Origin: Oopsacas minuta
Lineage: Eukaryota; Animalia; Porifera
Assembly: GCA_024704765.1 (NCBI GenBank)
Contig: JAKMXF010000277.1
Coordinates: forward strand, 186,001-250,000
DNA: 64,000 nucleotides
Direction: 5' to 3'
The notes beneath the pieces were generated by a model. That model did no database searches. It was not told the DNA's origin and saw nothing but the letters and a program-made list of their open reading frames with translations. Of this stretch, positions 12,605-23,980 are shown piece by piece. Position 1 is the first letter of the stretch. Each line of letters opens with the position of its first letter. Made by a program: the position numbers and the translations under genes.

Positions 12605-12842
12605 AATTCAATTTCAATTAATTGATAGTATGAATTACATTAGTTGTGTTCTTATCAAGGTTGAAACCGATCGAACAAAGTTAAGAAGTTCAGTAAATCC
12701 CCCCAGCTGGTCACGAACCCGAAGTGCTCCAATAACCGGAGTCTACTTGCAAGGATATAAATATATATTTATCACAAATTCTACCATACAAAAGGAATAT
12801 TATCAATGTAATACAGAAAAAATTGAGCAAAAATAAAAGTTT

Positions 12843-14372
12843 TTATGCATTAAAAGATTTATTCCGAATGGAGAGATTATTCCGAATGGAGAGATTATTC
12901 CGAACGGTAACGTTATTCCGAATGGTAACGTGTTTCTCAGCATGAACTCTCTTTGAACATTTCAATTTTTTCATAACCAAGTTTATCAAGCCACCAGGTA
13001 AAGTTAATAGAAAAGTTGGTAGCCATAAAGATCGTATAAGAAAATGGTTGATAATCTCTAAAAATCCTGGATAAACGTCTGATTGATCAAAATTAGTTTC
13101 CTGACAAACTCTATGCAATGTACTATTCCAATAATTAGGCATTATCATTTCACCCATTGTGAATCCATCAGTTGAATTTCCTTTCGAAACTATTGCGCTA
13201 TGCAACGAGACACACATTAAATGCTCGTCAAGACGGTCAGTGATCACATCGCTTACAGATGACGACCAAATTAAATTAATAAACATGTATATTAAGTATA
13301 GGACCATTAGAAGTGAGAGGAAAATAAACCGTTTTTCGAGGGAACTGATTTCAAGGCGAGAATCTTTGAATTTCGTAATTGAGATTTTTTTCAGATGTAG
13401 GTGAGTGAGAATTCCGATTGCAAAACTGTAAATAACTCCAATAAGAATTATGCAGGGCGCGAATTGAAGGAAATATGCGAAATCTGGAGCAGCGAGCATA
13501 GTAAACCGATATGGATTGAGGTAAATATAGCGTTTACCGGATATGAGAGGGATAATAATCGCGAAAATTGGTAAGAGTGAAAAGCAAATTTCCGTTATCA
13601 AAATTGCGATTTTAACCTTCCGACTAATCGTAAAACAAATCTCAAGAGAAATATTTAAGATTGAAAAGAAGAACCAAAACAACGTCAATATATTCAAGAA
13701 ATCATAAACAGCGCCGAATAAATTAATACGTGTTGAAAACCGCGAATTCACTTCTGAAACATCAATCCTCTCATTGTTACAGAAATACAGATCTGATCCA
13801 GGAATTCCAGTGACAGCCAGATTCAAAACCAACAATGTAGCGATACAAGTTACGAAGAAGATCCCAATATGAGTGAATTTCAAAGAACCAACAAAAGGCC
13901 AGGAAACGAGATTAATAATACTTAGGCCGATACCACAAATACACATTATGGCAAACAAAATTCTTTCAATTAAGATACAATTGGGACCGCACGAATGGAA
14001 AGTTCCACAGGCATAAACACACCTTTTCTCCGATTCAGAATAAATAAATTCGCCAGAACAGTTGATGGAAATATTCATTTTATTTTCAATCGTGAAATTT
14101 TCGAAAGAACCATTGTAGAATGTTATGTTTGGGTTGACATGTGTTTCCCGAGATTTAACGTTGATATAATACCGAGATCCAAGCAGGATAACTAAAATTA
14201 ACCAAGTAGAAGCAATGGAAATTATGGCTAGGGAAATGCAAAAAACTTTAGAATATTTTCGATCAATTTTCGTTTCGCTTGAACACATATTCGAGTTCCT
14301 TCTTGGAAGAATAATCGACTCGGGATTACGCGCATAGCGAATTAAAATTGATGAACTTCGTTGGCGCTCCAT
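12843..14372 (-). CDS. Class F (Smoothened/Frizzled)-like receptor lacking CRD, with an extra N-terminal TM helix, intronless; paralog 2
   Basis: Basic N-tail, TM0, N-glycosylation sequons (NIT, NGS, NFT, NIS), linker cysteines, 7TM. DEHLMC..RVC..YPGFLEIINHF resembles Smoothened ECL3/TM7 (DYVLC..C..PSLLVEKINLF). Confidence 0.78.
   Translation of the reverse strand: MERQRSSSILIRYARNPESIILPRRNSNMCSSETKIDRKYSKVFCISLAIISIASTWLILVILLGSRYYINVKSRETHVNPNITFYNGSFENFTIENKMNISINCSGEFIYSESEKRCVYACGTFHSCGPNCILIERILFAIMCICGIGLSIINLVSWPFVGSLKFTHIGIFFVTCIATLLVLNLAVTGIPGSDLYFCNNERIDVSEVNSRFSTRINLFGAVYDFLNILTLFWFFFSILNISLEICFTISRKVKIAILITEICFSLLPIFAIIIPLISGKRYIYLNPYRFTMLAAPDFAYFLQFAPCIILIGVIYSFAIGILTHLHLKKISITKFKDSRLEISSLEKRFIFLSLLMVLYLIYMFINLIWSSSVSDVITDRLDEHLMCVSLHSAIVSKGNSTDGFTMGEMIMPNYWNSTLHRVCQETNFDQSDVYPGFLEIINHFLIRSLWLPTFLLTLPGGLINLVMKKLKCSKRVHAEKHVTIRNNVTVRNNLSIRNNLSIRNKSFNA
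12860..12932 (-). repeat. 18-bp coding tandem repeat (4 units) in the C-tail of receptor paralog 2
   Basis: ATTCCGAA-containing 18-nt units encoding TIRNNV-TVRNNL-SIRNNL-SIRNKS. Confidence 0.85.
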
Positions 14373-15350
14373 TCAGACAATAAACAATAAAAATATAATA
14401 AACATGTGTATATCATTCTATTTAAATAGGGCTTGTAAGATAGAAAATCTTACAAAAAGTTATTAGCATAAATGAATAGTGTAACAAGATACTGTTGATA
14501 ATATATGTAAAAGTCCATTGGAGCATAGACTAGTAAGAAGAATAATAGTGTGACATCTGGGGTGTAAGGAAAGTAAACGAATCATACGGAAGAATGCGTG
14601 GAGTTTGTGCAATATCACATATTTATCATATAACATAGCAGAGTTACAAATAAGCAGAAATATTTTTATTGTGATCGTAAGCACACCAATAAGAAAATAT
14701 TTAGCCAAAATTGAACTTCAAATCATAGCATGAACATATAAGTTTGTCACTTTTAGTTGTGTCAAAAATATTTGAGTTTGAGCAAAACACTAAGGTGCAT
14801 TAGATTAAGCAAAACTTTGAAATACATAATTTACAAATAACTTTGTGTATTAGCTTTTCTATCTTCGAGGAAAGGTCATTTTTCGGATTAATGAAAGTAA
14901 CCTTTTCGAATGAGGGTATGGGGTTTTGTATTACAAAAACCTTTACTGTTCTATAGCTCAGCTATATATAAGGGATCTCCATAACTCTTAGTGAAGGTCA
15001 AATCTGTCATAAAAATATTGGGCACAAGCACTGGAAACTAGATTTTTCAACCCGTGGTCAAATGACCAAACTTGGCTACAGATATATTTACGTCAGTTTT
15101 GGTAAAAAAAGGTTTAACCAAATGTGGCTAAACATAGCCAAATCTGACCAAACCTGAACCATAAGTCGACCTAGACGTGGTCATGACGCATAATTTTAAA
15201 AAGAGTATGGCAATATCCCATGAACCACACCGATAAACAATACTATGTGTAAATACGTAGTAATTAAGAAATAACGTTAGAATACACGTGTGTATAGTAA
15301 ATGATAGGGTTGCGTGAAATATATATTATAGTGTTAAAGTGGAAGAATAA

Positions 15351-18300
15351 TCACTTTTCAATAGTAGGCAATGTTTCCCTGATAAAATTACTGACTTGAG
15401 TTCGCATAAGCATGTTCTCCCTTACATGACGTATTTCCCCTTGTTTCTCAGGGAAATTCTCACCCAGCTGGTCCATGACTGTGAAAAGCAATTGCGTGCG
15501 TTGAGTATGCATTTCTAATTCAGAATCTAAATTGGCAGGGTTTTTGCATAAAGTTGGGTATTTCCCTTGAGTTGCATAATCCAGCTGTTTAGTACGGTTT
15601 TGTAGTGCAACTATGATAGAGAGATTCTTCTGTTTTTCACGAGTTAAGTCTTCGATTTGTTGATCTAACTGTGAAGATGCATCATGTAGTTCTAGGCAGG
15701 TTGTCTGTGTGGATTCCAATTTATCACCTAAGAATTGTACAGTCAACTTCGGTTATATAGAAATACCCGCTTATATTGAAGTCTAAAATTGTGCAAATAT
15801 GGTCCTAAACCGTCAAAGTAACATAAATTAGACTGGTTATCATACTTTCTAACATTTCACGTCATTTTCGAGTGGAATTAGGGAGAAAACATGAAATCTG
15901 AGGATTGGCAAAAAATGCCTGAAAATTTGTGAAAAAGGTTAGGCATCAGAATTTGGGTTCGATCGAACTCCGTATTGTTGCAAAAATTTGAAATAAAAAG
16001 TATTTCGGATATGTTTTCAGAAAATCTACTTACCTAAAATATTCTGAGAATCTTGAATATGTTTCAATTGCTGCTCAGTTTGTATAGTCTTCTGTTCTGT
16101 CTGTACTATCTTTCTCTTCATATCATCCAACTTTAGTTGTAGCTGTCCAGTAGTTTCTCCTTTTCCTGATTTCAATTGAGCATCTCCTTTCTTCTCAATT
16201 GCTTCTCTTCGGTATACAGCCTTCTCCATATCCTAATAGGTAGAGTGCAGTTAATTAACCCAGAAAGTAGGATAAGGCCTGGGCATCCAGACTCCTAATG
16301 GTTTGGCTTTTGATCTGAGTGTTGGACAGGCTCAAGGGCGTCGTAAAATTTGTTCGGCCCTTTGAGCCAGTCGGACGCCATAATTCAGGGACTGGAAACG
16401 GGAAAATCGTCTAGTGACGTGGCCTGACACTAAACAATTGTTTTGAGTCATGGAGAGCTGGAAATTGGGATTTAAAACATTACATCACGGATAACATCAC
16501 AAGCCGAATGGGCCAAAATCTATATAAACAACTCACTTGAATAAGTTTCTCCTGCTGTCTCTTCAGCTGATCATATCTCACATGCATTCTATGAATCTCA
16601 GCCTTCATTCCTTGTATTTCTTCTTCCCCGTAATCTTTCTGAAGCATGTCCTTCGTCTCACGAGCTAAACTTATTTTCTTTTCCCACAACATTACTTGCT
16701 CTTCAGCCTCGATTATGCTTCGAACAATTCGTACTTTCTCTTCTTTAACTTCGTTCAGTTGGCTTTGTAACCGAATAGATTCTAATTCTGCATCTTTTAG
16801 ACTGTGAATAAAATCGTTTTCGATTAGAAGATTTCCTTGTTCAAGATTCTCCTGCTCGGATCTTTTGTGAGTTAACAACTCATGGAGTTTTGACATGTCT
16901 TTACGGAGCCCTGACATCGATTTAGCTACTTCCCGATTCTCAACTTTCTCTTGTTCAAACTAGAAATTACGAAATAATAAATCACTAAAGCACTTCGCTT
17001 GCTAAGTCGCTGCGGGATGCCGGTACGCTAGAATTAAAAAATAGCGTAATTTTATGAATTTTAATGGCAACACTGGAGCGGCTATGTAGCATTTGGTAAT
17101 TGATCTCGACACCTCGTGCTTCGAGTAGTTATTAAGAAACTCTCAAAATTTGCTACATTTTCAATTTTTTGTACAGTCATTATGACATAAGAATTCCATG
17201 ATGAATATACTTTGGACTTGGCTGAGGATGAGCAGTGTGCAATGATGTGTTTTCGATTATCCAAAAGGTGATAATCACATGAAATATGTGAATCTTCGTC
17301 CAAGACTCGAACTTGTCTGAGCCAGGACCAAAATACCCCTGGTTATTGAAACTCACATTCGAGTCAAGTCGTAACTTTTTCTGATCCAATATTATCATCT
17401 GTTTAATGAGCTTATCAATGTTTATTTTCTGTTCCTGAGTTGAAGTTACAATCCGAACCATTTCAGATTGTTCTCGAAGCCAGAAATTCTGTAATTTCTG
17501 AGATTCCTCAACAGAGGCCTGTACTTGTTTTGTTAGTTGATTTATAGTGAGTTCTAAGGGCCCTAGTTCTTGTTCAGCACCTTCTCGACCTGTTGAAGAC
17601 ATAAATACATTAATAATGCGTAATTAGTATAATCAGCAATGCTAGGGCCAACCAAATTAAATATTAAGGAGCCTACATTTATATGCAGCCGATTTCGCTG
17701 AACCGAATGTTTGTTTCTTTTCTAGATACAGTGAAACCTCTACACACGGGCCGGTGGAAACGTGGAACTTCTGGTAACGGAGTGAATATAAATAGAGCGA
17801 TTTCCTAGTCCGACATAAATGAACCTCCACAACGAGGGGGATATGTTGTACAGTCAATACCGGTTATAAGAACATGTTCTTATAACCGGCGTGGAATGTT
17901 CTTATATCCGGTAAATTCCATGGAGTAAGATACAAAAGATTCGGTATATCGAGTTATGGTTCTGATACTCGGTATTCTTATACCCGCCATCTACTATAGT
18001 AGTTTGAGGATGTCAAACTGTCGTTTGGAATTTCACAAAAGTGAGAATTTTACCTGAAATAATTTTATCAATCATTTTATTGAGTTGATCAATCTTAGTC
18101 TGTTTCCTATCAATGAGAGTATTCTGTTTGTGTATTTCCTGTTCACAGCGAGATATCAGTACATTTTGTCCCTGCAGTTTCTTCTCGTAACTTTCAAGTA
18201 TCTTAGTTAGTTCTTTGAGTTGAGAAGAATGTTTCGATAGCTCTAAGTCCTTTGTAGCTATATTATTCTCTAATTTGATAGCAGAGCTCTGTAACTCACG

Positions 18301-20928
18301 AACCTAGAGGATGTATATAGAAACTAATTGCTGCCCGCTTGGTAGTATTGGATCGCCAAACTTTCTATTATTTTTTCTAACAACTTGAACGATCCAGGGT
18401 CGGGAGCTATGCATTAATGAGTGGTGGTTTATACCCCCTGCCCTACGGGTTCGACCCTACGTTAAAGGAAATAGAACAGCCAAATTCCAACCTTTTTCAC
18501 TCGCAGACCCTTATGCCAAATATATTACATTCTGTGGATCCTACATAACTACGTACTTGTTTCCTTGACATATCGATATCCTTCCCAGTGCGTTGTGATG
18601 CCTTATCAATTGTCAACTGAGTCATGACAGTTTCCATAACGGAATCTTCTAACTTTATCTTCTCTAGAGCTTCCCTCTCTGATTGAGTTCTCAGAGCTTT
18701 CAACTGGTTTTCCTTGAGTATTTTATCAGTGTTAGCTCTTTGCAGTTGTTGTTCTGTCTCGTGAAGTGTTCTAGTGTATGTACCATAGTCTATACGTAAG
18801 GCTTCACGTTGTTGTGCGTTCACTTCTAATTGTTTTTTGAGTGTGGCTAGTTCATGGTCAGTTAGTCGAACCAAGCCTGTAGGTTGAGATAGAAAAATTA
18901 AGAGAAAATAATATTCATAGGAAAAATGTCAATTTTCCACATAAAAATGCTATTTGAGTTTTGTAGAAAATCTGACTAATATCAACAACACTAACCTGTT
19001 AGCATTTCATTCTTTTCCTGTGTCTGCTTAATAGAACGCTTATAGCTACTCATCTCAGTGTGCATTGTATTCAATTTATCCTGGTTTTCCTGTCTAACCT
19101 GCTGTATTCCGGCTAATGCTTCGTCTCTACGTTGCATTCCAACTAGCGATGAATTCCATTGTTGAAGTATTTGCTTCTTTTCTAAGCGTAATACTTCTAG
19201 TTCAGTGCTAGCTTGTGTTAACAAGTCCCTGACCTGTCGAGTTTGATCAGTTTGAGCGAGTTCTTGAGCTTGCTGGAGATCAATCGTTTCTCGGAGTTTT
19301 TGCACCTGAATAGACGCATTGGTATAAGCAAAGGAGTCATAAGTCTGAGTGGGCAAAGATTACGTCATGCCCATCCGCCCTATACTTTATGTTATGGCGG
19401 GGTAAATCTGGGTGGGCACTCAAGTTCAAGGGTGGCATGTGCCGCCCAAATAGACTTTGAACTAAGCACTTACCTTATCAGTTAACCAGTCCACATAAAA
19501 ATCTTGCTGCACTTTTTGTTCCTCAGCTTTTGCTACATCCCCTAATGCTTTATCAGTAGCTCGCTTTGTAACGGCTAAATCTATCTTAGTGGCCTGGAGA
19601 GCATTCTCCATCATACGGACTTCTGAAGCATATTCCTCGGCTTCTTTCCTATAAGATCACTAATAATAATAGAGCAGGATTTCTCAACCTATGAGAGTTT
19701 GAGAACCCTGATGTAGAGAGTCAAATTCAATTAAATAAAGAGTATTTCCTAATAAAAGCTCATTAACATTTGTTCAAAAAGAGCAATCTTTGACTTCAAA
19801 TCGCTCGGATCAAAGAAAGCCTGTACCGTCCTTCATCACATTTCAACTTACCTCATCTGTACTTCTTCTTTCTGCCTTTGTGTAAGGAACACTATCATCT
19901 TTGTATGCTGTTCTCTGGCATCTTTCAACAGTCTATCTTCCTGGTTCCTCTTTTCACTGAGATCTGCTACTTCATCCTGAACTGACTCCAGAGTAGACTA
20001 TAGTCATATTCAAATCAAAATTTAGAAATAATAAAGTACATAGAAAGTATAGACAATGATTCACTAATGGTATAGAGGGGTGACGAGGGATTCCCCTAAG
20101 AGCTTAGACAGATAAGACTTTTGCAATAAAGGTGTAAATTAACAGGAAATTTCAAACTTGATAATATTCACTTATTCTCCATCAAAAATGTAGCTATATA
20201 ATGTGTTTTCTATTTGAGAAAAATTCCAAAATTTTAAGATGTGATATAAAATGTCCAATTTTTGAAGCGTTCAATCACAAGAAAGTCAAATCATAAGGGA
20301 TTTTTGTCTGGAGAAACTTACCTGTTGTTTCGCCAGTTGCTGCTGTATAGTATACAATTCTACTCCAACATCCTCTCTATCCTTCTGAGCAGCTTTCAGT
20401 TCCTCTTTCTCTGCATACAATTGCAATCTCAATTCTTCTTTCTTCTTAGTAAGTTGTGTCTTCAGGGCTTCCTGTACACGGCGCATCAGAGGATGTTCCG
20501 GTGCCAACACGAGCATATCTTCTTCCTCTCCTTCATCATCATCTTGTTCATATTCTACATCCTATCAAAACAAGATTTATCGTAAAATACTTGATCCTCA
20601 TTCCAAACGGTATTAGAAATTGCAGCATAAAAATACGAGCTATTTCAGGCTTACTTTCAAAGTTATAGCCTGGATTAGACGTGGATTTTATAGAAATTTA
20701 AGAATTAAATCTATGAAATTTCAATCATTAAAAGAACCCATAATTTAAATCTAAACATTTGAGTAAATATCTCAGAAATGTCCAAGAAACAATCTCTCAA
20801 TTTCTCAAAAATGATAAACTATAGGCTATGGGTAAACTTACTTGCTCCTCTCTGTATTGGACCACAGGATTGTACGCATCATCACCCGTGGGATCTGGTC
20901 CTGTCGTTGCTATCCCCAATTGAGACAT
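15351..20928 (-). CDS. CCDC40: Coiled-coil domain-containing protein 40 (axonemal 96-nm ruler), about 11 exons
   Basis: Exon 1 20928-20842 splices in phase to exon 2 20561-20322, containing MLVLAPEHPLMRRVQEALK (CCDC40 signature LDPDHPLM). Downstream coiled-coil exons include EQVMLWEKKISLARE, EIHRMHVRY and C-terminal GKYPTLCK. Internal exon boundaries are approximate. Confidence 0.9.
16276..16420. other. GC-rich, hairpin-forming element in a CCDC40 intron (ncRNA or TE relic)
   Basis: Stem GACAGGCTCAAGGGC / GCCCTTTGAGCCAGTC; CTG-GAAA-CGG tetraloop hairpin inside a CAGG...CCTG stem. Confidence 0.3.
17851..17996. mobile_element. pogo-like MITE in a CCDC40 intron
   Basis: TA-CAGTCAATACCGGTTATAAGAA ... 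TTCTTATACCCGCCATCTACTA-TA; related relic near 3820-3955. Confidence 0.6.
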
Positions 20929-21156
20929 TGTATACTAATTCAGTATAGGGCTGTCAATATCAATATTTTCTTTGGAAGCTTTATCTTGTTAGTTCGGTAT
21001 ACCTCTGTTTACTTGGTTCTGAGTACAGTAATTTTAGGGTCGAAAATATCGCAACTAGCTTTGCAAAAAAAGATTTATACTGATTATAGATGGAAATAAA
21101 TAATTCATGATTTTGTATAATGCACTGAAATTAATCCAATATCCCTTAGTTTAAAG

Positions 21157-21675
21157 ATGGCAAGTGAATCTGCTTATAAAGATAGTCATTTCTTATACTT
21201 TGGCTTCGCCTCAAATATGAATACAACACGAATCCACATACATAACCCTACTGCGGTATATATAGAAAATGGATACCTAGATGATCATGAACTTGCTTTC
21301 TATGTACCTTACGGGGAAGTGGGAGGTTGGGGAGGCGGTTCAGCTACACTGAACGATGTCAAGGGAAAACGTGCTTGGGGGACTATATGGAAAATTGGCA
21401 TTGAGAATCTGGCATCAATTGACAAGCAAGAAAGTGTACCAAACATCTACAATCGAACTGTGAAAGAAATCACAACAGAAAAAGGTGAAAAGGTGAATTG
21501 TGCCATATTCACATTAAACGAGACAGCTAAAGTGAAGGAAGGCGAGAAACCATCTCCAAAATATATCCAGGTGATAAGAGAGGGAGCGAAGGAGCACAAT
21601 ATACCCAAGGATTACCAAGAATGGCTGGCAACAATCGAGGACAATGGGTATAATGGCAATGTCGCCATGCCATAA
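21157..21675 (+). CDS. GGCT: Gamma-glutamylcyclotransferase, intronless
   Basis: FLYFGFASNM, GGGSATL, WGTIWKI, IDKQESV (catalytic Glu), PSPKYIQVIREGAKEH motifs. Confidence 0.9.
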   Translation: MASESAYKDSHFLYFGFASNMNTTRIHIHNPTAVYIENGYLDDHELAFYVPYGEVGGWGGGSATLNDVKGKRAWGTIWKIGIENLASIDKQESVPNIYNRTVKEITTEKGEKVNCAIFTLNETAKVKEGEKPSPKYIQVIREGAKEHNIPKDYQEWLATIEDNGYNGNVAMP

Positions 21676-22084
21676 TCGCAAAATGCTTCATGCTCAAGAA
21701 AAATGATAAAAACTCTTACTAGATAACTATTTGCTAAAATAACAGTTTATTATTACGTTATTTAATCACTTAGGTTTCTTGCAATGTTCAAATTGGGATT
21801 AATAAACACAAAAAAAGTGGGCAATTACATACCATTGTCATAGTATAGTCGGCACAGCAAAAAAAGAACTCAATAATTTTCAAAGCGAATCGAGTATAAG
21901 TCCACAAAGTTTATGATATATGAAATATAAGTTGTTATAAATATTCTTTTAGGAAAAGTAGCATAATCACAACAAACCAACAATTCACAGACAAGGGCAC
22001 CAATAGATCAAATAATCCTGTCATCAATAAACAATAGTTTTAACATATTTCTATCCAAGAGTTAGTTAAGTAAAAAGTAACAAA

Positions 22085-23580
22085 TTAAGAATCGAAGTTC
22101 TTAGGGATCTGTGAACCATCAACCATCTCAAACTCATCATCACCAAGTGCATACGGACGTCCGAATTCATCTGCACCCTGCATCGCATCACAGACATCTC
22201 TCTGGTGTGTAGAAGCTGGGGGCGAATTTGGGGCCAAGGGTGCTACATTCGTTCGGTACCTTAAGTGACTATCTTGAGAAGATGGAGCATAGTATCTTTG
22301 ATCTGTTGGCTGGTGGCCGTAATAGGTTTGTGAGGGGACATAAGGATATGGCGCAGGCGCTGGCATCATCTGAGGACGTGGTACATAGTATTGCTGTTGG
22401 AAAAGCGGAGGAGCTTGAATATTAGTACCAAATGCTAGAGATTGTTCTAGAATCGATGTTGGTAATTCTTCACGTGACATCGGTTTAATGTCTGTAGTGC
22501 CGAGTTTGGGATGTGGAATGAACTTAGCTTTATCTACTACACGCTCTTTAACCATAGCGAAATGAGGTGCTATAACTTGGTAGAATCCATCCAAAGCTTG
22601 TGGGAGTCGATTGTGCACTAAAATCGGCCAAACTATGATAAATATCACCACGATATAGGCAACTACAATTCCAGGCACATAATTGCCGATGAAAAACATG
22701 ATTGCACCAATGGTTGACATGATGCATAGAAACTTAACAGGTTCATTGGAATGTAAGTTAATCATAATAGCCTTTATATCTTCTACATTTATCGCAATTA
22801 TTGCAAGACGGTGGGCCAGCCGGAGAGCATAAGCATCTTCTTCCTTGAGCTTTTCAGCTGTCTTACCTAAAGTAAGTTTCATAAATATTGTTTTACAGAT
22901 AATTAATTGCCTCCTACTTTAGTATCGTGGTAGCAAACAATAGAAAGGGTCACTTCTGGACCAGGCCATTTTGACCCAATGAAAGCGAAAGTAAGGTGTT
23001 GGACCAATTAACGGCTGTGTTTCAGGCCAAGTGACCGGATTGACCACTGACCCGATTAAGCGGGGACTACAGGGGAAAATCATGGGGTTGTGCCTGGATG
23101 CCATAAATTTATCTGACCATCTCGGCCTACAGAAAACTATAAAATAGTGAGGAAGTCTAAACCATGTTTCGCCAGTGTGCTTCCCCTCTAGATCAAAATG
23201 GAATGTTTAAAGTGCTCTTCTAATTCAAAGCCCAACATACAACAAATAATGCAATTCTAACACTTACCTTTCTTTCCCATTGTTCTATTTCTAGCAGTCA
23301 AGTAAGTTGGTAATACAACAAGCATACCAACTTTCCAAGTAACCAAGCCCAAAACACCAAATAATATCAACATACTGACCAAACTATCTTCTGTAGTTGA
23401 GATGTAATAAAAAAACCCATGAATAATCGCATAGAACATAATTGTCAGAGGAAAATACTCAAAAAGTAGTAATTTGCGAAAGAATTGCACTTCTGGATAG
23501 TATTGATTCAGGATTTTTAATATATCAGCTTCTTTCTGTTCGATTCTAGGAGTTTGCTCGTGTTCATGTATGGTTGCCAT
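22085..23580 (-). CDS. RETREG: Reticulophagy regulator (FAM134/RETREG family); 2 exons (23580-23268, 22866-22085)
   Basis: Phase-1 GT-AG splice joins two ORFs; reticulon-like paired hydrophobic hairpins; C-terminal LIR-type motif DDEFEMV (cf. DDFELL in FAM134B). Confidence 0.72.
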
Positions 23581-23980
23581 TTTTTCACTGAAAATATGAT
23601 TAGAACTATCAATAATAGAAACTATATTTTTTCTTTAAGTTCAACTGTTTGAAAGGTTAAATCATGGCCAATACATTAAAATGACAAAATTTACACATAA
23701 CCAACCTGTTTCAACATTATGAGAGCCATACTGGACGCTGCACGGATTTTTGAAATGGTCCGGTTTAACCATAGCAACCAGTTGAAATCTTACTTACCAT
23801 AGAAACTGCACCAAAGTGGCCCGGTGGTGCTGGCCCTGAAAATATACTAGTTGCATACATATTGATATTTAATAAACTTAATCCAGTGATATGTAATTCT
23901 AATAATTCTGGTAGATAGTAATTTATATTATCGAAACACGTCTAATACACTAAATTAGTGCTATCTAGCAGACAAACCTA

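Noticed and set aside
16380-16410. CTGGAAACGG hairpin resembling SRP RNA helix 8; nearby motifs resembling RNase P CR-I/CR-V
   Set aside because: Lacks the AGCAG internal-loop motif of SRP; spacing far too short for RNase P; no hammerhead CUGANGA core.
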